Source: Antedon mediterranea (lineage: Eukaryota; Animalia; Echinodermata). From it: a stretch of DNA of 64,000 nucleotides. This document shows positions 13,837 to 27,702 of the stretch, one piece after another; position 1 is the first letter of the stretch; every line of letters starts with the position of its first letter. The DNA lies in the NCBI RefSeq assembly GCF_964355755.1, contig NC_092670.1:12448795-12512794 (forward strand). The letters are read 5' to 3'. The notes below the pieces were generated by a model that did not search any database, was not told the DNA's origin, and worked only from the letters and a program-made list of their open reading frames with translations. The translations under genes and the position numbers were made by a program.

Positions 13837-14207
13837 TACTTTGTCTTTAATACTGCATATAGGCCTAGGCCTAGAATTAGAACTGGTGTATCAATTATCT
13901 TGGCATGGCAATATCGCTTGTGTAGTCGTAAAGTTAAATAGGCCTAGCCTAGTTTTCTTTTCACACTAGTAAGTCTACAACAGTACTTTATTATTGATAA
14001 TGTTGTAGCCTGGATAGTGAAACAGATCTAAACATATAGCCTAGGCCTATATTAGGCCTAGGCCTAGGTAGGCTAATTAAGTATATTATGTCATAATTTA
14101 TTTTGTTTGAAGGATTATTTAATTTAATACCTAGGTAAAGTATCAGAAATTAATCGTTAGTCGTTTAATAAATATTTAAAGTCGTTTAATAAATAATACA
14201 AGAAGTG

Positions 14208-16940
14208 CAGGGATGTCACCAGCTTTTTGGAGTGCCGGTCGTCGGCAAATTTCCCGGGGGGGGGGGGTTTGTCGTTATTTCAGCGAAACATAAAGAATTA
14301 TGAAAATAAATAACAACACATTGCGTCAGGTCTAGGCCTAACCTTGTACCACCGGGGAGTCGCTGTTATTATTCGCGAAAACAAAAACACGCTCACGAAA
14401 TGAATAGCAATAGATCGCGTCAGGCTTAGGCCTAGCCTTGTATGTAGACACTACGACCACTAAGGCCTAGCCAAGGCTCAGATAGATGCCCCAAAACCCA
14501 AAATCTGAATTCCACAAAAACGGGCGCTTCTTTATTTAGGCCTAATCCCTAATCAAATAATGTAGATAAATGATTAGCCTAGTATAGACCTTACTACTTG
14601 TTGCTCGATATAATGTTCGTGTTCCTTTGCGCGAGAGTTTTTTAGCGTATTCGCGAATTCTGGATTTTTTGTTTCACAACTGTGCGGCAAGCATGTAGTG
14701 CATGGCCGGCAAGAACAGAGACACGTGTTTATGGGTTAACTGAAGTTCAGCAACCTGAAGTTATCCCAGGGACGTGTAATTATTGTACCATGCTCGGCGA
14801 TCATAAACGAACGAACTTGCCCGGTCTCACTAAACCATGCGCATGTTTTTTTATTTTTTTTAATAGTTCGTAGAGTACAAAAATGTAAAACTAGAAGTAA
14901 CATAATATAATTAAAGCAGGGTGACAAAACATTCAGCAATTAAAAATGTTTGGGTCTATGTAGTTATACATTTTTAATTACTGCGTACTTGTTTGTATTT
15001 TTAATCTGTGCAAAATAAAACGCTTGAATGGTCGCTATGTGAACTTTAAACTTGTACACTGTGCTGTGTAGCACGTTGTTCGCCATGACTCACAAGCTGT
15101 AACAATGAATACCAGGGCGCGATTTTTTTTTCCGTACGAGAGTTCCTCCATTGGTTCGTTTCGGACTCAATCGACTCTCTTCGGTATTCGGTAAAGTCAG
15201 CTCACTGATGCGTGACAATATAATACAATTTACATTTACAAACCGCGAGCTAACTTTCACACAGGCTCTCATATAGTAAAATGAATCGACACTAATACAA
15301 GTTTTGATGACATTAATTAATAAATACTAGGCCTACTTAGTAATTACATTAAGAACCCAATATTGAAGATACAGTATTTAGGTCTACGACCCAATAGTAG
15401 GTCGTATCAGATATTATTTTTTGAAGTTGAACGACCTTTTGTCACGAACGAGAGGCTCTTTTCTTATCGTTTATTATGGTATTGTAGCTAGCCCATGGCT
15501 AGCCTAGCCAAGCTTGTGTAAGCCTATGCAAGGTATTACTTTTGAATTTAAAATGATTATGTACAGTAGGAATTCCTATGCACAGTGTATGTTTTTTATA
15601 CCTTTTAAAATAATATTATTAGATTAATATTTATATTGTAAGGTAATGGAAATTTTACGTTAAAGGTGTACGTATTAATTATCCCCAATCTTGAAAAATA
15701 AAGATTTCAGACTTATATAGGCAATTTGGAGTTTTAATTAAGTTATAGGCCTAATATTATTGTTTATTATGTGTATATGTAATTTGGAAAATCATAAAAA
15801 ATACATGCAAAGTAAAAAACATTCAATTACGGTACTGACACGACTGCAATAGTACAAATACATTTAATAATACTGTAACACATTTTTCAGGAAGCTTATA
15901 ATTATATGTGATACTATTATCTTGTCATGAAGATCGGTTTTCTGTATTCCATATTCTTGATTTTATTTTTTTTATTATGGTTTCTGAAATAATTTTTTTT
16001 TTTTAATTCATTTTAATTCAAAATTTCCACCGGCCAAGATATCAATAATTATTAAAAGCAAGCATGTGTTTCTATACATTACAACTTACAAGAATACATG
16101 TTACCAATAGGCCTATATGTATACAATTTTTCAAATGTTACACTTAAAAACCTGAAGAAAATTGTAATTTTCTTGATAAAAACATCTGTTAGTGTTACTT
16201 CTGTACATATAATTTCTAACCTACTACTTCATTTTATTAAAATAAAAAATAGTACTGAAGATGGAAATGTACTACATTGAAGCACACGTACGTAGGGCTA
16301 GGCTAGCTAGGCCTTGCTTGTGACGACCAACAAAGTGCTGCTGCTGTGTGTGTGTTACTGTTTGTGAATCTGATGGTACATACATTGGTTTGTGGCTGCC
16401 TATACAGTATTAAATTATTAAAATTCTAGGCCTATTATTATTATTACAATGACGTTCAGTACTACTATTAATATTTATTATTATATTTACAGTGAGTATA
16501 GTATTGGCCTCTAGTATGTATAAATCTGTCACTCGTGCAAAAAAGCTGCTCACGTTTTGTCTTGTGGTTGCTGTCACGCATCAGTGAGCATCGGTGGCTT
16601 ACCGAAGAGTCGATTGAGTCCGAAACGAACCGATGGAGGAACTCTCGTACGCAAAAAAAAATCGCTACCAGGGCAGGGTAGGCCTGGTATTGTGTTACAA
16701 ATAAAGTAACGTACGTAACCACGGGAACATTTGCTGTAGTCTTTTGTCTTATCTATATGAGGGTAGCTTGTCTGTTATTAACGATGTGCTAGGTAAAATG
16801 TTTTAGTACGAATTTTAGTTAGGCCTAGGCCTAAGAAATATCGTAATGATTAATAAATAATAGTGGTGGTCGGCAGCCTGTTAATCCTGGTCGGAAATGT
16901 TGAGTGCTGGTCGGGGCCGACCAGCGTAGTGACATCCCTG
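14208..16940. mobile_element. hAT-like non-autonomous TIR element
   Basis: 12-bp inverted ends CAGGGATGTCAC...GTGACATCCCTG; GAAGTG repeated on both flanks (shorter than the 8 bp expected for hAT). Confidence 0.6.
15119..16665. mobile_element. Mutator-like non-autonomous element
   Basis: ~100-bp imperfect inverted ends starting GCGATTTTTTTT; 9-bp duplication TACCAGGGC at 15110-15118 and 16666-16674. Confidence 0.7.
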
Positions 16941-17149
16941 GAAGTGCCTCACTGACACTGAATTCTAAAAAATGTTGGAGAATCCTATGAACTGAAAATG
17001 TCTTTGTTAGTTTAGGCCCTATAGTTATATTATGCTGTATTAGTTATCACAATTTTGCATTTATAGTTGCTGCAATTTTTTTTATGAAATAAAGCGATAT
17101 TACTTGGTTTTTCAACCAAAAAAATTGAACAATGTTTATTATGTGTAAT

Positions 17150-18150
17150 GGTTGTAATTTGACGTCGATACAATGTTGAAACCGTGACGTTTAACCCAAC
17201 GTTAATCCAACTTGTAATGACGTCGTTGCTCGACGTCGATTCACCTTTGAAATCCAAGTACATTTCAACATTGTACCGACGTCGTGACTGGACGTCGAAG
17301 TAACGTTTTTATTCGACGTTGACACAACGTCAAACAGACGACGTCGACAACTAAAATCCAACATTTTATCGATGTCGTGACTGGACGTCGATTTAACGTT
17401 GATATCCGACGTTGAAAACTGACGTCGATTCACCTTTCAAATCCAACTACAAAACAACGTTGTATCGACGTTGCGACTGGACGTCGATGTAACGTTTATA
17501 TCTGACGCTGACACAACGTCACAAAGATTACGTCGATTCACCTTTCAAATCCAACTAAAATCCAACGTATCATCGACGTCGTTGCTGGACGTCGAATTAA
17601 CGTTGATATCTGACGTTGACATAACGTCACAACAAAGACGTCGATTCACCTTTCAAATCCAACTACAATCCAACGTATCGTCGACGTCGTGGCTGGACGG
17701 CGATGCAACGTTGATTTCCGACGTTGACACAACGTCACAACGAAGACGTCGATTCACCTTTCAAATCCAACTACAATCCAACGTATCGTCGACGTCGTGG
17801 CTGGACGTCGATGCAACGTTGATTTCCGACGTTGACATAACGTCACAATGAAGACGTCGATTCACCTTTCAAATCCAACTACAATCCAACCTATCGTCGA
17901 CGTCGTGACTGGACGTCGATGCAACGTTGATTTCCGACGTTGACACAACGTTAAACAGATGACGTTGATTCACCTTTCAAATCCAACTACAATTCAACCT
18001 ATCGTCGACGTCGTAATTGGACGTCAATGTAACGTTGATATCCGACGTTGATACAACGTTGGCATAATGACGTCGATCCACCTTTCATATCAAGCGTCTA
18101 TTCAACGGCGTGTCGACGTCAGGGTTCGACGTTGATTCAACGTCAATCCA
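17150..18150. repeat. Right subterminal tandem array of the EnSpm-like element
   Basis: Repeating gacgtcgattcacctttcaaatccaactacaatccaacgtatcgtcgacgtcgtggctggacgtcgatgcaacgttgatttccgacgttgacacaacgtcac units. Confidence 0.8.
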
Positions 18151-20133
18151 ACGTGTTTTGCCCGCTGGGTTGGTAAGGCTAGGCCTAGCGACCGCGCCGC
18201 GATGCAACAAAAATAAATGTAGTCAGCAGAATTTGCCATCAATTATGTGACGTCATGTGCTGTATCGCCATGATGATTGGTCAGTTCTTACGTTTTAGCG
18301 TTGCGATATCGCTAGAGTTGAACTGGATTCAACTCTTGCGATTGTCAACGATCGCGACTTGTAGCGTCGATTAACGTCGATTATTACACCTTTTCCTGTA
18401 AATCGCCGACATTTTGTATCGTCGTCGTTAGTTAAAAAAGTACCCTTTCCTATAAATCGTTAAAATGTTAATGTTTACGTAGAAGATCGCCGATTTTTGT
18501 TAACGATAGCGTCGAATAACGTCGACAGGAAAACAGGCTTGCGTCGACAGGAAAACAGGCGTTAAAGCCTGTTTTCCTGTCGACGTTATTCGACGCTATC
18601 ATCGTTAATCGTTAAAATTTCAACGACGATCGTTTGAAAACGATCAAGTTGAAATGATAACGATAGCGCGAACATTTGATTTCTAGCATTGAACGTTAGA
18701 GTTGAAAACTTAAGCCTGTTTTCCTGTCGACGTCAGTCGACGCTATCATCGTTAATCGTTCAAAGTTCAACGACGATCGTTTGTAAACGTTCAAGTTGAA
18801 ATGTTAACGATAGCGCGAACATTTGATTTCTAGCGTTGAACGTTAGAGTTGAAACTCCTGTCTTCTTTCTCGACGTCGTCGTAACGCGCAAAAATGAATA
18901 GGGGACGCCCTGCCTCTAGCAGTAGGCTCACAGTGTAGGAGACGTGGGCCTAGGCATACTAAAGAACGAAGAACCATCAGTATAGAGATTTAATAACTGA
19001 TGGTTCTTCGTTCTCAGTAGGCCTATCCTAGTTCAAATAGTATTTTGGACTAGGCTGAAGACTTTGACCTACCTAATATCCACGCGTCTACTTTCCGGAA
19101 CATCATTTTATAGTAACTTTGGTAAGGCTAGGCCTAGCTTTGACCGCGCCGCGATGCAACAAAAATAAAATGTAATCAGCAGAATTTGCCATCAATTATG
19201 TGACGTCATGTGCTGTATCGCCATGATGATTGGTCAGTTCTTACGTTTTAGCGTTGCGATATCGCTAGAGTTGAACTGGATTCAACTCTTGCGATTGTCA
19301 ACGATCGCGACTTGCAGCGTCGATTACCGTCGATTATTACACCTTTTCCTGTAAATCGCCGACATTTTGTATTGTCGTCGTTAGTTAAAAAAGTCCCTTT
19401 TCCTGTAAATCGTTAACATTTCTATGTTTACGTTGAAGATCGCCGATTTTTGTTAACGATAGCGTCGAATAACGTCGACAGGAAAACAGGCTTAAGTTAC
19501 AGTATTGAAAGACATTGTGAAATTTTGGTAATCATTGACATTTAACTTTTTGAGATATTTGTTAAACAAAAAGTGTACAGAAAGAAGAAGAAGAAAAAGA
19601 AGAAGAAGAAGAATAATAAAGATTTGATACAATAACAATAGGTGATCATTTTATTCTAAATGATCACCTAATAAATGTAGTAAGCAGAATTTTACAATTA
19701 CGTGACGTCATGTGCTGTATCGCCAAAATGATTGGTCAGTTCTTACGTTTTAGCGTTGCGATATCGTAGAGTTGAACTGGATTCAACTCTTGCGATTGTC
19801 AACGATTGCGAATTGTAGCGTCGATTAACCGTCGATTTTTACACCTTTTCTTGTAAATCGCCGACGTTTTGTATCGTCGTCGTTAGTTCAAAGAGTACCT
19901 TTTCATGTAAATCGTTAACATTTCAATGTTTACGTGGAAGATCGCCGATTATTGTCAACGATAGCGTCGACTAACGTCGACAGAAAAACAGGTTTAGAGT
20001 TGACTAATGTACATGCGTATTGATATTTTAATCTACTTTTTGTAAAATCTACAACCAATCAGAACTCAGAATGTTCGATTCGCGCGAATATGTTTGCTCT
20101 CTGATGAGCATCGTATTATTATACTCTTTTCAG

Positions 20134-21059
20134 ATGGCATACTGTTCAATTCGACTCAAGTAACATACGAGGAAGCTTCTGTCCTTTGTGAAGATAAGCT
20201 AGGTTCACTGGCAACATACGAGCAACTCTATGACGCATTCGCCGATGGTACACATTGTGCTACAGGGTGGCTTGTCAGCAGAGAGATTGCCTTTACAGAA
20301 ATCTCCGACGCGTGCACAATGAAACCACCGGTTGAACGAAGCAATGTGTTCGTTTGTGGACAGTATCGCTTCAGGTTTTATTGTTTTAGAGAAAGAAACA
20401 TAGTTTCGAGTACACTTACCGCCGATTACATTCCAAAATCTCAACGAGTAATTAGAATAAGTGAGTCATTGACGACTAAGCTGCGTCCTGAAGAGGCAGA
20501 TCTATGCTGTAGAGATGATTATTCTGGTAGAATGTCTACGTCATTTGAGGCCTACAATGCTACATACTCAATGAATGTTGATTTTTGTTATCTAGGGTGG
20601 TATGCTGGTAGGCTTTATGGTGATATTTGTAGAACAGATAATTCACCATCGAAATACTGGGATCCTGAAACGTTAAGTCATATCGTTTTAGGTCTATCAT
20701 ATCATAGAGAGTTCAGCTTTTGTTATATCCCTTTACATGGAGAGAATCTCATTTCTGCACCTGATCCATACCCGCCTCATCGTGTCGTACACGCACTTAG
20801 TGAAAGGGGTACATGGCTTTTAACTTTAAATGACGCTACAAAACGCTGCGCGGTCTTTGGCGGTACAGTCGCAACGCGCGATGAACTTCAGTACGCATAT
20901 AACAGGGGTTTTGAGTGTACACATGTAGGTTGGATTAAAGAAGGGGATAGGGTGTTTGTGTTACAAAGACCAACGTCTGGGGAGAGTAGAATCGGAATCA
21001 TCGTCGATGATTATGTGCCTACGAGTCCTGAATGGTCTGCTTATTGTTATATGCCATAA
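20134..21059 (+). CDS. PAN-Link array copy 2, exon 3 (three Link-like modules); spliced product about 412 aa
   Basis: Acceptor cttttcag|ATGGC at 20133/20134, open to TAA 21059; most divergent third Link module. Pairing with the exons at 6480 and 7061 is inferred from gene order. Confidence 0.85.
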
Positions 21060-21479
21060 GGCATATTGAATTATACACATCATCATCACCACTTACAAGT
21101 AGCTGCATAGGCTTAGGCTAGTTGTGTATTGTCACAAAGTTCCTATGGTATAGTTTTCTAACCCAACATCGTTTGATTATGTTGTTCATTCTGGCACATT
21201 TTCTCTCTCACTTGCTTGTGAAGATGTTCCGATGTCCATTTTGTTTCATTGTCCCCGCTTCTCCCTCCCCCCCCCCCCCCCAAAAAAATCAAGCAAAATG
21301 AAGATTAATAAAATCAACCAATTTTCTATCTTACTACACATCAATTAGGAATGTTACATTAGTATAGTTGAAAATACTGGGAGGTGGGCGGCGTGGAAAG
21401 GAACTCGCCATCCCACCATAATGCAAAGGCTTATTACCAGTTAATTCCCCTCCTACATTAAGAATGAACACAGGCTTCA

Positions 21480-21845
21480 CCTCCGTTGTATTATTAGCAA
21501 AATACCTTTCAAGTCCAGTCCTCTTGACACTCTCCCTATGTGGCTGATGAAAGAATGTGTTGATCCACTGGTTCCTTTAATTACCCATTATTATTGCTAA
21601 CTGCTCTTATGTGTCGGGGGAGTTTCCCCCTGAATGGCAGCAATAAATCCTATAATTAAGAAACCGACAGTAACCAACTTAGTAACTATAGACCCGTATT
21701 GAATTTACCAACGTTGAGTAAAATCATTGAACGTCCAATTGTTAAGCTATTTAATAATCATCTGCAGAAGAATAATTTAAATGGATGAACCCCTCCAATC
21801 GGCGTACAAATTAGCACATAGTACCGAAACGTCTCTATTAAAACA
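21480..21845 (+). mobile_element. Degenerate L2-like reverse transcriptase fragment
   Basis: Frameshifted translation KSSPLDTLPMWLMKEC...NYRPVLNLPTLSKIIER...LQSAYKLAHSTETSLLK. Confidence 0.7.
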
Positions 21846-23279
21846 AAATCTGTGAGAGTTTTACGTTTTAGTTAAACTTACGTCCGTATGAGTTTCTTAA
21901 ATCAGTTATAGTTTAATAAGTGGTTGTATAATAATATAACTATAATTGCCTGGAAACCTTTTTTTTTCAAGTTTTTGAGTGAGTGCGCTAATTAATACGC
22001 TGTTTCTCTACCAACATGCTTTTCAAATATACCAATTTTTTAACTAGCAATTGTAAATATAAAGGCCAACTCTGACAGCGTCGTACGGCGAGGCCCGACG
22101 AAACGTCTTGACTAGTCGGTGCTGTCCGAGTTGAATCTCGACAAGACGAGTCGTCTTAAAATAGCGTCGGGTGTAGTTTTTATGTCGTCGCGGAAACTTT
22201 AATCATGTTTAATTTTTACCCAACGAGACGGGTCATCGGGCCCCGGCGTACGACGTTCGAACAATTAATAACAAGAAATATTTCTTACAAAAAACGTCGC
22301 TCGACATTTTAAAATTAATCATTGTTCTTTTGATTAATTTATGGTTAATTATTTAAAAGATGTCCTTTAATCGCAAAGATACATACACATCACATAGTTC
22401 TTTAATTATGAATCACATGCCCATTTTTTCACTAGTTAATTGTATACACAGCATTTGAATGAAGACACGTGTACCTTTCCAACAATGTATTATTTGCAAC
22501 AATGGTCAATTTTGAACTTTAAATGAGCTGTACCGGTAGTCTGTTTGTCTGTGACCTCAAACTGAACTGTAGGCATGCAACTGAATTCTTCCAAAATCTG
22601 TTGATTCGCGTCAACCAATCAAAGGGCAAGAAGCCAAAATCGTTCAACCGTGAGCCTCCATAGACGCTTTTCCTAGTCGTTTTTTGGATCCAGCAGCTGG
22701 GACCTATAAATTATAGTCTAGTTTCCATTTTCGCAAAACTACGGCCTTAGATACAAAAGCTACCGCTATGAAACAGCTTATAAATGAATTTGTCCTCATG
22801 GGACATAACTGGTTAGAGCAGCGGCGCGAAAACAGCAATTAGCTTAATGGAAACTAAGCCAAAAACGTGTACATTTAGTTCTATTACAAAAAATATATAT
22901 ATTATATAACTTGAATTGTTATGTAAGAATATTCGCGTCTTTTGAAGACGTATTGATAGTGAACCTGTATTAATGCTTGCCATAAAATTTAACGGCTTCA
23001 AACTTTTGAACTATATGATGATACTTTTCATCTGTATGACAATATAAATTGTTCATCTAATATACTTAATTATGTGTCCAAAGAACTCAATATACCCAAT
23101 TAAAACGATCATAGTTACATTTGCATAATTGTCCGGGGGAAAATTAAACTGTGTTCATTACAAAGTTATTTTTAATGTACGAACAATTGTTTCTTTCTGT
23201 TCTGTTTTTCGCCAGATTCTCTATCAAAAAAAGAATAATGTCAACAGGAAAACAGGCTTTTAGAGCCAAAAATATAGGT

Positions 23280-23440
23280 ATGGGTTGACCACAACAAGTC
23301 TTCTCGGATAAGGACTAAACCGTAGGTCTAGTGTACACAATAACCTGAAGCGGCGTGCACTTTAAAGAACCCTGTTCATCATTCGAGACGCGTAGGGGGT
23401 TACCCCGGTGAACTGGTTCACAAAATAGCCCGTGTATCAA
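23280..23440 (+). mobile_element. SINE fragment resembling the Deu domain
   Basis: gtcttctcggataaggactaaaccgtaggtc...taaagaaccc...gtagggggttaccccggtgaactggttcac; reverse copy at about 57035-57110. Confidence 0.5.
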
Positions 23441-24752
23441 GGGGATTGATTACCACCTATCTGATAAGACAGGACTGATATTTTGTGAAAACGTTCTGAA
23501 GGTCACCGAAAATCACTAAAAACACTGATGTTTTTGACACTATTGGTCACAACTTTGCTGATACTTATCCGAGATCCACAATGCTATGGTTAGCATACAT
23601 TCTCTGCTCGCTTTAGTTACAGTATAACATAGTAGTAATTACATACACCATAATATTTACCGGGATATACAGGGATAAATTGCACGTAATATGGCTGCTA
23701 TAATGTTCTCGTTGAGTAGAATATGGTTGTTAACGGCTTTTCCATCGAATTAGTAGAATTCGACCTTGTCTCTTTCACGGCGTAGACGACACCCATGGTG
23801 GTGATGGTGTTTCTCTTGATATGTTAAGTGTATGTATCCCCACTGTATCTGTCATGGAGGTAAAAAATATTTTTTACCTCCATGGTCTTATCTAAAACCC
23901 ATACGTTCAACACCACCACTAAGAGCAATACGACGGATGGCTGGTTAGGGTTTTGTGATAGCACATGTTAATTATGTAGGAATTTTAATTGTCCAAACAC
24001 ATATACAGTAGACGTCTTAATCAATCGCTCATTCTTCGCGATTTTTGCATTGGAAAATTGTAACAGAGCATGGCTGCCTGCCCTCGTGCGTGCGGATGTA
24101 CAGTATAGCGTACTTTCGAAAAGAAGTACTCCCCCTCCCTACCCCCACCACCTGTGGTTTGCAAAGGTAATCTCGATTAGATAGTATGGGCTGCTTTTGA
24201 GATAGACTGTATTTGAATACAAAAAGAATAGAAATGTATGATCGTGTTATATCAATATATTTTAATGACCTTACAACTCTTAATTATCTTAACAATCAAG
24301 TGCTATAATTTTATATTTTTATAATCCTATATTTTTATATTCTACAATTTATTGCTTTCCAAATGTTGCTTTGATTGCATATTGTTGTATCCATGGAGGT
24401 ATAAAATTAGTTACATCCATGTTGTATCTTTATCTTTTCTGATTACTCGGCAAATATGTACAATTGGTATAGGGAATGTCTTGTTGTCTCAACAATCATT
24501 AGTACTAGCAATTCACAAAACTTACAGAATTCATTTTTAAATGAAGCCCCTGTTCAGTTTGAAAAATACAGCACAAGCAAAACTTTTACGACATTTAAAG
24601 CCTTCGACAGTTTGACACGAGGCACTATTCGGGTAACAATGAATAAATACAATGGTGGCAACGTAGTACTAGATCAGGAGAACGTTTGCGTAATGGTTTG
24701 TCACTTCAGTTGTGTTCCTTTCGCCTGCTAATACTTTTTAATATTTTTAATG

Positions 24753-25221
24753 TGGAACGCCGTTTACGCAACATTTCGATCACATGAATTTTATGACTTG
24801 ATAATGTGAATGAAATGCATTAATATAAATTGCATGACGCGATATGAATGAAATGTTTTGAATGAAAGGTTTTGAATGTTTTAAATAATTGGCGGGGTAT
24901 GTCATTCACGATTTTTTTCCTTAACCTCTTAAGCCTTTGCACTCTCTTCTCCTCTCTCTCTCTCTCTCCACTGTCATCAATTTATCTTTTATAGTGAATC
25001 CTAACAGACCTGGGCTGGATCCATTTAGTAGGGGAAAAAGCTAACGTGGAGAGGTTCGGTACGCTACCAAGAGAGCGCGGTGGGACATACGCCGCCAATA
25101 GTTTGACTTTTCAAAACATTTAATTCAATTCATTCAAAACATTTCATTCAATTCATATCAATGCACACATATCGCGTTATAAAATTCATATCATCGAAAT
25201 GTTGCGTAAATGGCGTTCAAT
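24753..25221. mobile_element. ~470-bp MITE
   Basis: Inverted ends gaacgccgtttacgcaacatttcgat / atcgaaatgttgcgtaaatggcgttc, with further internal inverted similarity. Confidence 0.55.
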
Positions 25222-27620
25222 ACAGGTCTAAGATCAACACATGGTTGTTTTTTGAGCCGTGCACATACAAAATACAACAATTTAAACAATGTTTTTTAAT
25301 GTAAAGTATATACATATATATTTAAAAGGTTTAATAAAGTTTATGTTTGAAATATGTTATGCCTTAAACGCACCAAGAACTGTTAGTGTTGGAGGCGAAC
25401 AGGGCCTAGTAATTTTCATATTTTGGTGAATGTGATTTCATTCACCGAATAACATTATTTGTACCATTCCACGAATTTGTTTTATATACAATCTACTAAG
25501 TAATTAATAGTTCAATTTAATTCAGATTGAAAGGTAGGCACGAACAGCAAAGCACCAATGCTCTCGCAAGACCGCGGTGTATTTATTCGGTGGAAAGGTA
25601 TAAGACCTATTTTTTTTTTTTTTTTATAACATCTACATCGTCACACTCAACAGAGCAACATTTTGGAGATCGCCGTTTATTTTAAAGAAGATCGCGTATT
25701 TCCGTTCTTCCGCCGAATAGGCCTAAGTACACCGCGGTCTTACTAGAGCATTCTGCTGTTAGAGGGGTCACGTCGTCCGGTCTTCCGCCGACGACAAAAG
25801 TAGAAATACACCGCGCTTGCGAGCGTATAAATAGGGCATACTTATTTGCTAATCATGTGAGCAACCATCCAATTAATGACATGAATCTATTTATAAAGCC
25901 GGCAGAAAAGAGTACCTTGTCAATCTGGCGATGAATCCTTGACGTAACATCCAAGTTTGGCATAGAAATCAGTGCTAAAAAAACAACGACTGTATTACTA
26001 CTGCTACTATAAAATGTAAAAACTGGCGGATATCCTCTTCAATAATTGGAGGAAGACTTTCGAGTGGGGAACAATTATTGTCATCATTAAATCTATTAAT
26101 ATTAGGGATAATTAGCAAACGAACAGTCCTATGCCTAGACTGGCTCTCCTCTCCTTACAAACACTGCGGTATACAAAATGTGAAGCAACTAGAGAGGTTA
26201 AGCTTTCTGTAATAGTAATGGTCCTTCTCTTTTTAAAATGTTTTTCCGTTTTTCCACTTTTTATTCTCGTATCTTTTCTTTCTCATTTCCTCTTCTGCCT
26301 TTATCTTTTTAATTCTTTTTATTATTTTTTTCCTTTAATCCACTGTTTTCCATTTTTTTTCTTTTTTTTGTTTAAATTTTCCCCATATTTATTAGCTTCT
26401 TATTATTTTTCTCCTTCCCTTTTGTTACTTTTTCCCTTTGATTTTTTTTCTACCATATTTTGTGTCTGTTAAGTGTTACCAACGAATGTGTGATTGGCAT
26501 CATTTTTCAATTTCCCTCGAACCTTCAGCACGCATTATTTAATTGCACAAGCCACTCGTTTTCTATTCTCGTATCTTTTCAACTCGTCACTAAAGACATG
26601 ACGTGTAAATATACGAAATGAACGAAAATATTATAAAAATAATACTAGTGTTTTGCTATTTATAGTCAATAGTATTCGCTTAAAAAATGTATTAATAGAT
26701 AATTGTATAAATACATGTATGTAAGTATAAAATATGTATGTAACTATGTTAATAAGAAAAAAATGTTAATGGAAATATGTTACATAGATTGTATGTATAA
26801 AAAGAGTAAAGCAGTACAGTACTAGTATAAATTACGTAGAAAAAAGGTAAAACAAAAAACAATGGAAAATGTGATATGTAACGAAATGAACTTTAAAAAA
26901 AAATTGTATGTAAGCAGATGATAAATCAAACATTGCTAATAGAATAATATGCATAGTGTACTGAAATGAAAATGTATTTAGAGATGAGAAACTTATGTAT
27001 GGAAATAAAAGATGCACATAGATTTAAACCAACCACACTGACTTTTTTTTTCTGGTATGACGGTATAGAATGTTTCATCCAATACGGTAATGGACATTTT
27101 CAATAACTTATAGAACCAAACAACTGTTGACTGATAGTAATATGGAAATAAACACAGTTTGATTTTCCTTAAGACATTTATGTAATATAATGTTTAATTT
27201 ATATAGCGCAAAATACAGAGCACCTCTAAGCGGTGAACAATCATTAGAAAATGTAAGATGAAAGTTTAATCCATGTAATGTAAAACATATCATGAAGGTA
27301 TAGGAAAAACGTGATAACATGAAATATATGAAAAAACGTAAAATAATTTTGGATTAAACTTAAGGACCCGTATTCATTTACTTTTATGGCTTAGTCCAGG
27401 ACTAGTTAGTCCAGGTTTCATAAATAACATAATAAAGATAGTCCAGGATTATCCTTAGTCTTGGACTAGTTAGTCCAGGACTAAGGATAGTCCAAGACTA
27501 AGACTTTCTTGAATACGGGCCAAGATGTTTTTCTGTTTTTTAAATGTATTTGCATTTTGTTGAGATATAGAGCTCATTTAATTTCTTTATGTTACTGAAC
27601 TTTTTTGTATTTTAATAAAG

Positions 27621-27645
27621 GTCTTAGACAGCGACTTCAAAAGAC
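27621..27645 (+). pseudogene. Orphan micro-exon within a partial duplicate of intron 1 / micro-exon / intron 2
   Basis: aataaag|GTCTTAGACAGCGACTTCAAAAGAC|gtgagt; about 27265-27700 matches 30512-30955, but there is no exon 1 upstream of it. Confidence 0.7.
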
Positions 27646-27702
27646 GTGAGTATTCCCAAATAACTCTTCAAAATGTTTGCAACAAATTTAGGTATTTTGT
27701 AA

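Larger units (their letters stand above)
7973..18169. mobile_element. 10.2-kb non-autonomous CMC/EnSpm-like DNA transposon
   Basis: Inverted ends CCCAGCGGGCA...TGCCCGCTGGG, 2-bp TT duplication, long subterminal ~60-bp tandem arrays at both ends; no transposase ORF seen. Confidence 0.75.
7587..19492. mobile_element. Cluster of ~780-bp Harbinger-like MITEs; first copy (7587-7972 + 18170-18539) split by a 10.2-kb insertion, intact copy 18713-19492
   Basis: Inverted ends AGCCTGTTTTCCTGTCGACG...CGTCGACAGGAAAACAGGCT with TAA/TTA flanks; the intact copy shows the empty site agtaactttggtaagg. A further partial copy lies at about 19670-19996. Confidence 0.75.

Noticed and set aside
17471-17851. Repetitive 126-aa ORF
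   Set aside because: Chance read-through of the subterminal tandem array.
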